Below, piece after piece: positions 9,019 to 18,868 of a DNA stretch of 64,000 nucleotides; the stretch's first letter is position 1, and each line of letters begins with the position of its first letter. A program made the translations under genes and the position numbers. The DNA lies in IMG/VR virus record IMGVR_UViG_3300036879_000022, positions 20,383 through 84,382 of that record, one strand, 5' to 3'. A model generated the notes under the pieces. It searched no databases, was not told the origin of the DNA, and was given only the letters and a program-made list of their open reading frames with translations. The stretch comes from a virus.

Positions 9019-9378
9019 TCAGGCAACCGTATAGGGGAACGTGATCGGCTTGCGGCCGACGCGAACGTCCCACGCCATCATGTCGTCCTTGAAGACGCAA
9101 CAGTAGCGCTTGTTGACCTTGATCTGATCGTCCTCGACGCCCTCGGGATGCTCCCACTCGTCATCCTCGCCAGTCAGTGGCGTAAGCGGCATGCCACGGG
9201 CGAGCGTCTCGAAGACCGCGAGCGTCTGCTCGGCGCCTCCGCCGGAGTGACCATAGGCCGTGAAGACCTCCATCAACGACGTGACTTGCACGGCGACATC
9301 GCCGTTGTATTCGGCGTCCGCGTCGAAGAGGCCGGCGGCGCGGAGTTCGCGCTTGGCGTGTTGGCTGAGCCTACTCAT
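9019..9378 (-). CDS. Phage hypothetical protein
   Basis: GHSGGGA..PLTPLTGEDDEW..NKRY pattern recalled from phage proteins; coupled to the upstream ORF. Confidence 0.65.
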   Translation of the reverse strand: MSRLSQHAKRELRAAGLFDADAEYNGDVAVQVTSLMEVFTAYGHSGGGAEQTLAVFETLARGMPLTPLTGEDDEWEHPEGVEDDQIKVNKRYCCVFKDDMMAWDVRVGRKPITFPYTVA

Positions 9379-9668
9379 TTTCGAAACCTCTTGATGATAC
9401 GACCCTTGAGGATACAACTGCGCAGCCGGGTCGCGACATGGCTACCGTCTTCGTCTTCCTTGTCTTCGTAGTCGCGCGCGATGTGCGCGACCGTCGTGAT
9501 CGTCTTCGGCGTGACCTCGACAACGAAACCGACAGTCTCGCAAATCGAAGGCGTCAGCGCCCCGACAATCTTCTCCTTGATGTCGAGCCATCCTTTACCG
9601 TCGTATGTGCAGTGGTCTTCCCACAACACGTAGACGAGATCGCCGACCTTCGGATCGAATTTAATCAT
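9375..9668 (-). CDS. Hypothetical protein
   Basis: LVYVLWED..CETVGFVV pattern, operonic position. Confidence 0.6.
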   Translation of the reverse strand: MIKFDPKVGDLVYVLWEDHCTYDGKGWLDIKEKIVGALTPSICETVGFVVEVTPKTITTVAHIARDYEDKEDEDGSHVATRLRSCILKGRIIKRFRK

Positions 9669-10254
9669 CAACCTTGGCCCCGTAAACGATGTCCACGCCC
9701 CGCTCGTTGCCTTCGACGCCGACCTTCACATTCATGTACTGACCAACCTTCGGCGCAGCGACCCCCAAGCGAATGGTTTCGGAGCCGTCATCCGAGGTCA
9801 CGACAGCTTCCGCGACGGCGCCCGCCGTCGAGACGTTGAATAGCACGACGCTCCAGCCGGGGGCAGGCGTGATCCTGACGTGGTCTTTGCTGATATGACG
9901 GACGGTTGCGGGGGCGGCAGTGAGGGTCATGACTGATCCATCGGCACGGGGAGAGGGTTCTGAGCTGCGATCTGGGCCATGCGCGCTTCGTGCTGCGCCA
10001 GCTTGATCTTCTCCTTGAGCCGGGCCTGCTTGCCCAGCATGTCCTTGATCGCCGGAGGATAGCTCTCGAAGCTGGCGTCGCCGATATGCGTCGAGACAGC
10101 ACGCCACCCGTAAGTTCGGTCGGGCTTGCGGTCCAACTGTTCGACATGGAAAATGAGGTTGAGGTCGTTCACGACGATGCGAAGTGCTCGGGTGGGGACT
10201 GCAACGGCGAGGACACGCCAGCCCTCGGGGCAAGCGTTGATGATCTTTCCTGCT

Positions 10255-10674
10255 TCAACTGCATCCATTGTGTTTGGCCCAGCGCGCGATATGGTGTTGG
10301 ATAGGTATACCGCGTTTGATGTCGTAGTCAATCCATCCGCAAAGGCGCATACGCACGCCCTTCATGATGTTCTTCGTTACGGGGAGGCCCTCATTGCGGA
10401 AGCAATGAAGCGCGAAACGCTCTGCCTCAAACTCTTCGCGATGTTTCGGAAGCTTGAGCTTGAAGTGGTCCTGCTTGACGTGTCCGACTTCGTGAAGGTA
10501 GAGAAATAGGCTGTCGTCGTCCTTGAGCGTAGGAACGGAAAGGGTGCGTTTGTTGCTATCGGCCTCTGCGCTTTCCCAAGTCCATCGGTGCTGGCTCTGT
10601 CGAACGCGCCAGCCTCGCGGCCTGTGCCGCTTGACGATCTCATTGATCCTCTCCTGCGACAGCTTGCGGCTCAT
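10255..10674 (-). CDS. ImmA/IrrE-like HExxH metallopeptidase domain protein
   Basis: LHEVGH followed by EEFEAERFA. Confidence 0.7.
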   Translation of the reverse strand: MSRKLSQERINEIVKRHRPRGWRVRQSQHRWTWESAEADSNKRTLSVPTLKDDDSLFLYLHEVGHVKQDHFKLKLPKHREEFEAERFALHCFRNEGLPVTKNIMKGVRMRLCGWIDYDIKRGIPIQHHIARWAKHNGCS

Positions 10675-10975
10675 CGGGTGGCTCCCATCGGACGACGACA
10701 ACGCCGGAGGTTCCAAACCTCGGGTCGCGTGACTTGTGCACGGTGACCGTCACGCCTGCATCCATCAATGGCGCCAACTCCGCCGCAAGACCGCGCGGAA
10801 GGTGCCCGAGTTTTTGATTGAAGATGTGGAGCGAGATAGCGTTGGGATCGTACTTGTTCGTGGGCTCCCGTTCAACTCGCAATTGCTGGCCGGGCCACAA
10901 TCTCGGGATATGGTTTCCTGCTCCCGGATAGAAGCTGGAACCCATTATGGACGCTTGTCTTTCTTGGAGGGCCAT
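10640..10975 (-). CDS. HIRAN domain protein
   Basis: LRVEREPTNKYDPNAI..KLGHLPR. Confidence 0.9.
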   Translation of the reverse strand: MALQERQASIMGSSFYPGAGNHIPRLWPGQQLRVEREPTNKYDPNAISLHIFNQKLGHLPRGLAAELAPLMDAGVTVTVHKSRDPRFGTSGVVVVRWEPPDEPQAVAGEDQ

Positions 10976-11568
10976 CAAAAATACCTCCGGATAGAGTTGG
11001 AGACGGCGGCGGAGACTTCCTCGGCGGTCGCCGGGCGCGGCATGGCGTCAACCCAGTGAGTTCCCCACGGCCAGAAGACGCGGGCGTGCTCAGTGTCGCC
11101 GGTCCGCTGATTGAGCGTGACGGAGCCATCCACGAACTTCGTCTCGTGGATTTCGTCGGCGCGCTGTCCGTAGACATCGCCGGGCTCGTACAGCTCTTCG
11201 TAGCGCGGCTCCAGCACGCAAGCACCATATGCAGACTTCTCCAGCCCGCCGCCCTCGCCGGTCTTGATCGTTGTGAATGCGTGCGTCGGCTCGAACGATG
11301 AGCCCGCGTGCCGCGTCATGTTGTATCGCTGATTGGCGAACTCGCCCGCGACGATGACCGACGTGAAGTCCCACGGATGATCATGGATGGTCGAAACATT
11401 GGGGACCGTGAAGTGATGGTCCCAGAGGTTGAGCCGATACATCTTGGGCGCGTTAGGCGGCCCGAAGTAGGTTCGCAGAAAACCAAAGCCTTGCACGGTC
11501 CAAGACCGGCGATCGTCCTGCATGATCGTAGCGACAAGCGGCTTGAGAAAAGTCAGATCGTTTTTCAT
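10975..11568 (-). CDS. Cupin-like hypothetical protein
   Basis: IHDHPWDFTSVIVAG with a later EIH. Confidence 0.6.
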   Translation of the reverse strand: MKNDLTFLKPLVATIMQDDRRSWTVQGFGFLRTYFGPPNAPKMYRLNLWDHHFTVPNVSTIHDHPWDFTSVIVAGEFANQRYNMTRHAGSSFEPTHAFTTIKTGEGGGLEKSAYGACVLEPRYEELYEPGDVYGQRADEIHETKFVDGSVTLNQRTGDTEHARVFWPWGTHWVDAMPRPATAEEVSAAVSNSIRRYF

Positions 11569-11630
11569 GATCGGTCTCGAAGAAAGTCGGGCGGCGCACC
11601 ATTGCGCCGCCCGGGACTTGGGTGCGCGGC

Positions 11631-12167
<537 letters not shown>

Positions 12168-12272
12168 GGGGGACAACTCCGGGTTGGATGGTCTCATTGA
12201 GACTAGATCGTTAACGATGATGGCTCATATCCCGAAAGCCGGGAGCCGTCAAGCGGGGTCAATGATTTATTT

Positions 12273-12524
12273 TCAATGTTCTCCGGTAGAAGTTAAATCG
12301 AACAACAGCCGGACGGCGCGGTTCAACATTCGCGTCTCGCGGTGAACCTTTGCGCGATAGCGTTCTTCCGTGAAGTGTTTTTGTTCGGGATGCGCCTTGA
12401 TGTAGGCGCGCTGACGGCGCGCAGTGCGGACAGCACTACACTTCGGAGAGCATGTCTTGGAGTTTCTGCGAGGCGCGAATGGCGCCTCGCAGATGATGCA
12501 CGACCTCACGCCGGGATGCCCCAC
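12273..12524 (-). CDS. Small zinc-finger protein
   Basis: CIIC..F..KTCSPKC; start codon uncertain. Confidence 0.5.
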   Translation of the reverse strand: MGHPGVRSCIICEAPFAPRRNSKTCSPKCSAVRTARRQRAYIKAHPEQKHFTEERYRAKVHRETRMLNRAVRLLFDLTSTGEH

Positions 12525-13120
12525 GTGGTCGTCGTCTCCAGCGGGACGGGCAACTGCACGTCCTTGAGACCCTCGACGTAGGCGAGGCCCTTCTCGGTCG
12601 CGCGATACGCCCAGCCCGGATGCGCGTTGCGCTGGGCATGCGTCGGCCGCTCGATCATCTCGTCAGCAAGCAACTGCTTGACGAACTTCGTGTAGGCCGG
12701 CGATGTGCGCTGAGCCTCGGGAGCGAACGGCGAGATGGTCGTCGCGAAGTGCAGCATCATCGCGATCTTCATCGGGGGCGTGCGGTAGCGTTTCGGGGGC
12801 GGGTCGAACGGGAGCAACATCCGCGCCAGTTCGGCCATCGTGTATGTTTCAGACATGGGAGTTCTCGTTGGTTGGGGTTGACGCGCGGACCATCGGCCTG
12901 TGACCGTTCCGGCGTAATTGATCCGCCAGTCCGTGAGGACAGCGGTCGCCTCTGCTTGTCGGAGAGCGGCCGTCCGGCGCACGTCAAGAGCCCGCTTGAT
13001 TTCGACCGGCTTTCCGGAGTAGCTTTTCCAGCATGCGGGATCGATTTCGTAGGCGATGGCTTTGACGTGCGGCGGGTATGGCATGGGTTCTCCGTTATTC
13101 CATTCTTGTTCATCTGTCAA
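12506..13120 (-). CDS. Hypothetical protein containing a PolA-like TGRWS motif
   Basis: 204-aa ORF heading the leftward operon; GTVTGRWSARQP. Confidence 0.55.
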   Translation of the reverse strand: MTDEQEWNNGEPMPYPPHVKAIAYEIDPACWKSYSGKPVEIKRALDVRRTAALRQAEATAVLTDWRINYAGTVTGRWSARQPQPTRTPMSETYTMAELARMLLPFDPPPKRYRTPPMKIAMMLHFATTISPFAPEAQRTSPAYTKFVKQLLADEMIERPTHAQRNAHPGWAYRATEKGLAYVEGLKDVQLPVPLETTTTWGIPA

Positions 13121-13276
13121 GTCGGGATTACAGCGTCATGTCGAGACCTCCTGAGCGTCTATGCGCTAGATGCAGCGTACACGAACTCGGAACGCTGTCA
13201 ACATCGTGGGGCTGGACATAGTTAACAAAAGGGTGTAGACGAGCCGACTGTCCCCGATCCGCGTGAGAACTTTCAC

Positions 13277-15631
13277 ATGATTTTTGATAGCTTGGCGCTC
13301 GCGCTCGCATACCTTGATCGGCATATGTATTCGCGATATCTTTTCCCGATCGCCGCAGGCAAAAAGTTTCCGCCGTGCCTCAAAGACAATCTCGACGGCA
13401 ACTGTTCGAACGACCCAAAGCAGATCATCGCGTGGGCCAAGCAGTTTCCCGGCTGCAACTGGGGCGTAGCGCACCGCAAGTCACGCTTGATGGTCGTGGA
13501 CGTTGACACCAACAAAGCCAAGGGTAAGGTCGGCGACGAAACATTCGCCTATCTCGACATGCTGTACGGCTGGCCCGAAACCGAGCGCACGGGGACGCCG
13601 TCCGGCGGCTGGCATTTGATCTACGAGGGCTGGGACGACGCAAACCATCCTGCGCACATCTTCGCGCTCGGCGAGAACGGCATCGGCAAAGATATTGATA
13701 GCCCGAACTACTCGCTGATCCCCGGGTGCCGCTTTGCTGACGGCACGAGCTACACCACGAATGACGCCGACGCCGTCGCGTGCCCGGAATGGATTTACGA
13801 CACCATCAAAAGCTCCAAGACCAAGTCGCGTATCACCGACGCGGGCGAGGTCGTTGTCGAGCTTGATCAGCAAGCGAACATCGATATCGCAATCGACTTT
13901 TTGCAGGATGATGCAGTCCCGGCCATCGAAGGGTCGGGCGGCGACTTCAATACCCTGAAGACCGCGATGTACCTCAAGGACCTCGGCATCTCGCCGACGC
14001 TGTCCGTCGATCTCTTGAACGAATACTACAATCCCCGCTGCGTGCCGCCGTGGGATCGCGATGATCTGGAGCGCAAGGTTGAGAACGCCTTCGCCTACTC
14101 CAGCCTCTCGAAGGCCGGCGGCAAAACCGCCGAGGCCGACTTCGCCGATGACGCGCCCGAGCCAATCACGCGGAAGGGCACCTACAATATCGAGACCAAG
14201 CAATACGAGTTCAAGCCCAGTGCCGATCCGGACACCGCCAAAGAGAACCGGGAAGCCGCGCGAAAGGGGGTCGCTGCTCTTACGCCAGAGCAACGAGAGC
14301 GATTTCTGAAGATGACCGAACTCATCAATGAGTGGGTATGGGTCGGTGGCCTCAAGCGGTTCATTGAAAAGGTAGACACCCGGCGTCTCTGGGACAAGGA
14401 AGCCTTCAACAGCCAGTACAACAACATTCTCGGCGAGAAGGCCACCAAAAATATCTCCGACGTTCTGCTCCGCAAAAAGAAAGGCACGATCGCCCGCTTC
14501 AAAGAGATCGCGTACAAGCCCGGGCTAGGGCAGAGGATCAGCGGCGAGGTCTTCAACGTCTATCTGCCCTCGGACGTGCTCCCGGTGGAGGGCGATGTCT
14601 CGTGGTGGGATGATCATCTCGAATACCTCTTCCCGATTGAAGAGGATCGCGTGATGGTCCTCAATTGGATGGCTTGGCTACTCCAGAACATGGCGACCAA
14701 GCCAAAGCACGCGTTGCTGATCCAAGGCGATGATCAGGGTACGGGCAAGAGTTTTCTTGTCGAGATGCTCGGCCGTATCCTCGGCCAGCGCAACGTCTCG
14801 AACATCAATCAGACCGATTTGCACGGCGACTTCAATGGATGGGCTCAGCACTCGAAGCTGCTCGTCATCGAAGAGCTGCGCGCGATCGATAAGACCGAGG
14901 TCGCCAACAAGCTGCATCCGTTGATCACGCAAGACATGATCAGCGTCAACGAAAAGAACCTGCCCCGGCGCGATGTTGAAAACTGTTTCGGTATCTTCGC
15001 GATGTCAAACCATGAGGCAGCCCTCAATCTCGACGACAAGGACCGGCGCTATCTCGTCATCAACACGAAGGCGACACCGCGTTACGGGAAGGGCTCGCCG
15101 GCCTCGGTCGCATACTATACCGACCTCTACGTCACGAAGCTCAATGACCCGGCGGCCGTCGCGGCCGTCGCATTCAAGCTCCAGAACTGGGACTACGGCG
15201 AGTACAGCGGCGCGGCAGCCGCGCCCGCTACGTCGGCCAAGACTTCGATGATCACGGCCGGTCAGAGCGATCTCGAACATTGGATGGATGAGAACCGCGA
15301 CAAATTCCCGTTGAATGGTCGGGTCGTCGCGGTCAGCGATATCATCTTGGTCTTGCCAAAACGTCTGGAGGGCCGAAGCCCGCGCCTGCATGCGTCCATC
15401 AAGGGCATCTTGATGCGGAGGTTCGGCGCCGAAGAGGTCGGACAGGCCACGCTCTCCGATGGCGAGCGTCCGCGTCTGTACGCGATCAACGGCAAAGCAG
15501 GTATCCTGAAGAACCTCTCGCCCAAGGCAATCGGCACGATCTACGAGACCGACAGGGCGAAGGCGGGCAAGGGCCAGCCTCTCGACGATGACGCGACCGA
15601 AGAGTTCGGCGAACCCAACAATATAGCTTGA
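13277..15631 (+). CDS. Bifunctional primase-polymerase fused to an SF3-type helicase
   Basis: CNWGV..VVDVD..TPSGGWHLIY (Prim-Pol); GDDQGTGKS Walker A, LLVIEE Walker B, AMSNH, DRRY. Confidence 0.92.
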   Translation: MIFDSLALALAYLDRHMYSRYLFPIAAGKKFPPCLKDNLDGNCSNDPKQIIAWAKQFPGCNWGVAHRKSRLMVVDVDTNKAKGKVGDETFAYLDMLYGWPETERTGTPSGGWHLIYEGWDDANHPAHIFALGENGIGKDIDSPNYSLIPGCRFADGTSYTTNDADAVACPEWIYDTIKSSKTKSRITDAGEVVVELDQQANIDIAIDFLQDDAVPAIEGSGGDFNTLKTAMYLKDLGISPTLSVDLLNEYYNPRCVPPWDRDDLERKVENAFAYSSLSKAGGKTAEADFADDAPEPITRKGTYNIETKQYEFKPSADPDTAKENREAARKGVAALTPEQRERFLKMTELINEWVWVGGLKRFIEKVDTRRLWDKEAFNSQYNNILGEKATKNISDVLLRKKKGTIARFKEIAYKPGLGQRISGEVFNVYLPSDVLPVEGDVSWWDDHLEYLFPIEEDRVMVLNWMAWLLQNMATKPKHALLIQGDDQGTGKSFLVEMLGRILGQRNVSNINQTDLHGDFNGWAQHSKLLVIEELRAIDKTEVANKLHPLITQDMISVNEKNLPRRDVENCFGIFAMSNHEAALNLDDKDRRYLVINTKATPRYGKGSPASVAYYTDLYVTKLNDPAAVAAVAFKLQNWDYGEYSGAAAAPATSAKTSMITAGQSDLEHWMDENRDKFPLNGRVVAVSDIILVLPKRLEGRSPRLHASIKGILMRRFGAEEVGQATLSDGERPRLYAINGKAGILKNLSPKAIGTIYETDRAKAGKGQPLDDDATEEFGEPNNIA

Positions 15632-15646
15632 AACAGGTAGCTGCCT

Positions 15647-16351
15647 ATGGTAGACGAAGTTCGCGACTGTAGCTCAATGTTAGAGCACCCCGGGTCCACT
15701 GGGGAAGATGGCGGTGCAATTCCGACCCGGTCGCTCCATATCAAACAAATCCCCGTTGCCCAAGCCCGTGCGTTCATCAAGATGTGGCACAGTCGTTTGC
15801 CCAATTGCGATGGGCCTTTCAAGATCGCGTTTGGGGCGTTCGATCAGGGCGGCTACCTCATGGCGGCTGCACTCTGGCATAACTGCTCAGCGCGAAACCT
15901 CCCGCAAGACTGGACTGAGTTGCGGCGCATGGCTGTCGCCAGCATGTACGCGCCACCGAATACGGCGTCCATCATGATCGGCCAAATGGTCAGATGGTTC
16001 AAGAGAGAAGGCAAAGCGACAACGCTCGTCTCTTATCAGGACCTCGGTGAAGGCGCCCCTAACTCAGTAGGGTTCGTCAAGCATACCGGCACGATCTACA
16101 AAGCAACTAATTGGACCCCGGTAGCGATCAGCCGTCCGCGTCTTCGAACCCGCACAGTAGCGGATCAAGATTGGGTCAAGAATGGTCGGAAGGTGTACCG
16201 CCGTAATGACAAAAACCTCACGCCGGAGGGGACGACCGACGCTATCGCATCCGCGAAAGTCCGTTGGCAGTACAGCTTGCGAGGCGAGAAGTTCACTGCC
16301 CTGACCCCGGAGCAGATCGAGGCCGCCCGAAGGATGAAGCCGACCAAATAG
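15647..16351 (+). CDS. mom: Mom-like GNAT-fold DNA adenine modification protein
   Basis: ARAFIKMWH, ELRRMAV..PPNTASIMI, LVSYQD, HTGTIYKATNW motifs typical of Mom-like proteins. Confidence 0.85.
   Translation: MVDEVRDCSSMLEHPGSTGEDGGAIPTRSLHIKQIPVAQARAFIKMWHSRLPNCDGPFKIAFGAFDQGGYLMAAALWHNCSARNLPQDWTELRRMAVASMYAPPNTASIMIGQMVRWFKREGKATTLVSYQDLGEGAPNSVGFVKHTGTIYKATNWTPVAISRPRLRTRTVADQDWVKNGRKVYRRNDKNLTPEGTTDAIASAKVRWQYSLRGEKFTALTPEQIEAARRMKPTK
15663..15738 (+). tRNA. tRNA-Gly(TCC)-like gene nested in the 5' coding region of the mom-like gene
   Basis: 76 nt: GCGACTG/CGGTCGC acceptor, U73+CCA, D stem GCTC/GAGC, anticodon arm CCCCG-GGTCCAC-TGGGG, T arm GGCGG-TGCAATT-CCG(A)CC. Confidence 0.85.
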
Positions 16352-16360
16352 TTAACATCC

Positions 16361-16415
16361 CGCCGGCGAAAAAGTCGCTCGCCGGCGAAAATAACGCTTG
16401 ACGCTCGCCGGCGAA
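16361..16415. repeat. Three palindromic CGCCGGCG boxes overlapping a TTGACG -35 element
   Basis: CGCCGGCGAA at 16361; CGCTCGCCGGCGAA at 16376 and 16402. Confidence 0.75.
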
Positions 16416-16489
16416 CGCGTGTATGGGTATTCTCATGAGGCAACCCCACGCCTACGTGGGACCCTCTCAAAAAGAGAAAGTCCCTCAAG

Positions 16490-17488
16490 ATGACAGTACG
16501 TGTTGTTCAGGCCAAGTGGTCTAAGAAACAGATGCTCGCCCTCCCGGAGTGGGAAGGTCAGCGCGATACCGACAAGCGGGTTGCGAAGTACCTCGCGCGC
16601 AAGGATTTTGATGCGACGAACGCAACCATCAAGACTGGATGGGCGACCGTGGTCGTAGGCGGCGAAGAGAGCCGGATTAACGGCAACACTCGCGCGCACG
16701 TCATGAACCATATGCCTCTCGACGAAGCCGAGATGACGGTACGGCGCAAGGACTTCGCCAAGCACTTCCCCGAAGAAGTGCTCGGCGACAAGTACATTTG
16801 CTCAACGAAGGAGGAAGCTCAGGAAATGTATAACAGCATTGACAACACTTCTTCGAGCAAGGGCGCAGCGGACAAGCTGACTTCTGCATTCAAGGCTTGC
16901 GGAGTTGGCGTGCGGTCGAAGATGTACAGGTCAGGGCGCGGTACGTCCGGTCTTGCTCTCGCATGGCGGGCGTTACTCGGTCAGGCTTCCAATTCCGCCT
17001 GTTGGCGGACCGAGACCATGGTCACTGAGTTCATTCATGAGCTTCGGCTTTTGGATAAGCTCATGTCCGACAATAACGTTCCGGCCAATAGCCGGGTCGT
17101 ATCCTATCCCGGCTTTCAGATGGCCGTGCTGCTCACGCTCTACCGCGCTCGTTTAACCCCGCACAAGCGGGGCGATGGCGAGAGCGTTGATGAGGTCTAC
17201 AAGTTCTGGGACACCGTCATCAAGTACGAAGGGGAGATTATCGTCGCCGGGAGCGATCTCGTGTCGAAGTCCCCCGTGATCAAGATGTGGACGATGGTCA
17301 ACGACGATGTTCTTGCTGCGTCCGACGACAAGACACAGTCGCGGGAGACGTGGTATGAGGTCGGAGCCAAGGCGCTCAGCCTCTTCTTGCGCCGCCGTGA
17401 GGCGTCAGTTGACAGGCCGTCCCATAAGAAGGTGGTTATCGAAACCTTCTTCCCCTGTCTCGTGGAAGCTCAGGCCGAAGCGGCCTGA
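16490..17488 (+). CDS. Hypothetical protein, possibly ParB/Srx-like N-terminus
   Basis: 332-aa ORF; QRDT..INGNTR loosely resembles the ParB DGxxR motif; hairpin at 17537-17564 follows. Confidence 0.7.
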   Translation: MTVRVVQAKWSKKQMLALPEWEGQRDTDKRVAKYLARKDFDATNATIKTGWATVVVGGEESRINGNTRAHVMNHMPLDEAEMTVRRKDFAKHFPEEVLGDKYICSTKEEAQEMYNSIDNTSSSKGAADKLTSAFKACGVGVRSKMYRSGRGTSGLALAWRALLGQASNSACWRTETMVTEFIHELRLLDKLMSDNNVPANSRVVSYPGFQMAVLLTLYRARLTPHKRGDGESVDEVYKFWDTVIKYEGEIIVAGSDLVSKSPVIKMWTMVNDDVLAASDDKTQSRETWYEVGAKALSLFLRRREASVDRPSHKKVVIETFFPCLVEAQAEAA

Positions 17489-17576
17489 TACCTACTCCTA
17501 CTCGGAGCCGGTCGCGAATGACCGAGTGGCTAAACAGCGCGCCGGGGTCTCCGCCTCGGCGCGCATCTTATTGTGC

Positions 17577-17605
17577 TTGACACCTTCCGTTCCCGTGCGT
17601 AGGCT
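17577..17605 (+). promoter_or_regulatory. Sigma70-type promoter
   Basis: TTGACA-17 nt-TAGGCT. Confidence 0.7.
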
Positions 17606-17611
17606 TCTCAC

Positions 17612-17808
17612 GTGCAGTGGCCGGAAGACGTAACCCCCGAAGTGTTCTAGACGCGGACAGGGGAACAGCCGGCGCCCCGCTAATCCCGAGGGCAAGACGT
17701 GTGACGAGAGACGCGGCGACCCGGTTGCTGATCAGATCGGACCTCTACGCACTCAATCACATTCATCGGGGGACGAACCAACGTTGCGGCCTCGCGAACC
17801 GCCTGCAC
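17612..17808 (+). ncRNA. Unassigned ~197-nt rod-like structured RNA (6S-like architecture)
   Basis: Nested pairings GTGCAG/CTGCAC, GGCCG/CGGCC, GACGT/ACGTT, CCCCCGA/TCGGGGG, CAGCCGG/CCGGTTG; begins at the predicted TSS. Confidence 0.6.
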
Positions 17809-17819
17809 ATTTCTCCCTC

Positions 17820-17848
17820 TTGACACGCCTCACACATCGGTCTAGTCT
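17820..17848 (+). promoter_or_regulatory. Sigma70-type promoter for tmRNA
   Basis: TTGACA-17 nt-TAGTCT. Confidence 0.7.
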
Positions 17849-17854
17849 TCGGGT

Positions 17855-18248
17855 GCGATCGATACAACGGACGAGGCTTTGGCCCTCACGTACCAAGGTG
17901 CGCAAAGAGGGATGGGTAGCGAGCGGTTGACCAATCGAGCGTGATGGTTCTGAATGTTGAGACGGACTGCGGTCAGACCCGGGGGCAGTACCCGGCGCCT
18001 CCACCACGAGCAGCGCGATGAGGCATGGATGCCTTGCACTAAATGTGCGTACACCCCTCGGGGAACACGCGCTGCTTCTGATGGGGGCGACACAGGATCG
18101 ATGGACGCTCGGAAAGTCTCGAAAGTGAACTCGGCGTGATCTGCCGCGATCGGATCAAACACCTAAATGACAACGACAACTTTGTCATGGATCAGCGCCT
18201 CGCGGCGTAACGTTCCGGGGTTGGTCGCCTAGCAACAGAAAGACCCCA
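17855..18248 (+). ncRNA. ssrA: Permuted two-piece tmRNA, alphaproteobacterial type; tag (A)DNDNFVMDQRLAA
   Basis: Acceptor piece ends GGGGCAGTACCCGGCGCCTCCACCA at 18006; hairpin intervening segment; coding piece starts GGGGGCGA at 18083 (G3-U70 pair); tag frame 18169-18210. Outer ends approximate. Confidence 0.93.
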
Positions 18249-18278
18249 GACGCCCTAGCCGCAAGGCTGGGGCGTTTT
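18249..18278 (+). terminator. Intrinsic terminator after tmRNA
   Basis: ACGCCCTAGCC-GCAA-GGCTGGGGCGT then TTT. Confidence 0.8.
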
Positions 18279-18325
18279 GCTTTATAGTGGGTTCATTCAA
18301 GCAGCCGTGGCCCGGTATCAACCCA

Positions 18326-18868
18326 TTAAAAGGGGATGTCTTCTGGGGGCGGCGTCTTGGACCGCGCTGGGCGGACCGGAGAACGCGCTGTACGCCTATT
18401 CTGGGAGGGGGTCGCCCATTCGAGGTTGTCCCGCCGGCAATTCAGGCTGTCGCCGTCGCCGTGGTCGCCCATGACGTGCTTTCCGCAGGGTGGGAGCTTC
18501 ATTGAGCGGACCAAGATTTCCTTGTGGAGATAGAGCTTGATCCGGCGCGGACCGGCATGGGTCGAGCGCGTCGCATACGCTTTGCGTTTGTGCCGGTCCC
18601 ACGTGATCTGCCACTTCCACTGAAGCGCCCACGCATAGTCCTCGAATGAGACCGTGGCGTAAATGCCTGCCTCAACGTCGAGCCAAATGCGGTGTTCAAT
18701 AGTAGTAGTGCGGAGGGAGGCATCCGACGCTGATGAAGCCGGGTCGGCCACTGGCTTCGATCCATCGCCATGCAATGGCGAGGCCACAACGATCGGCCGG
18801 GACTGTTCGCTCATAGCAAGGGGCTTCCCAGTCGGCGTGGTAGGTGAAGACATAGGCGTGCATGTCAC
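18326..18868 (-). CDS. HNH endonuclease
   Basis: LYLHKEI..GDHGDGDSLNCRRDNLEWATPSQN; ends EDIPF. Start uncertain. Confidence 0.85.
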   Translation of the reverse strand: MTCTPMSSPTTPTGKPLAMSEQSRPIVVASPLHGDGSKPVADPASSASDASLRTTTIEHRIWLDVEAGIYATVSFEDYAWALQWKWQITWDRHKRKAYATRSTHAGPRRIKLYLHKEILVRSMKLPPCGKHVMGDHGDGDSLNCRRDNLEWATPSQNRRTARSPVRPARSKTPPPEDIPF

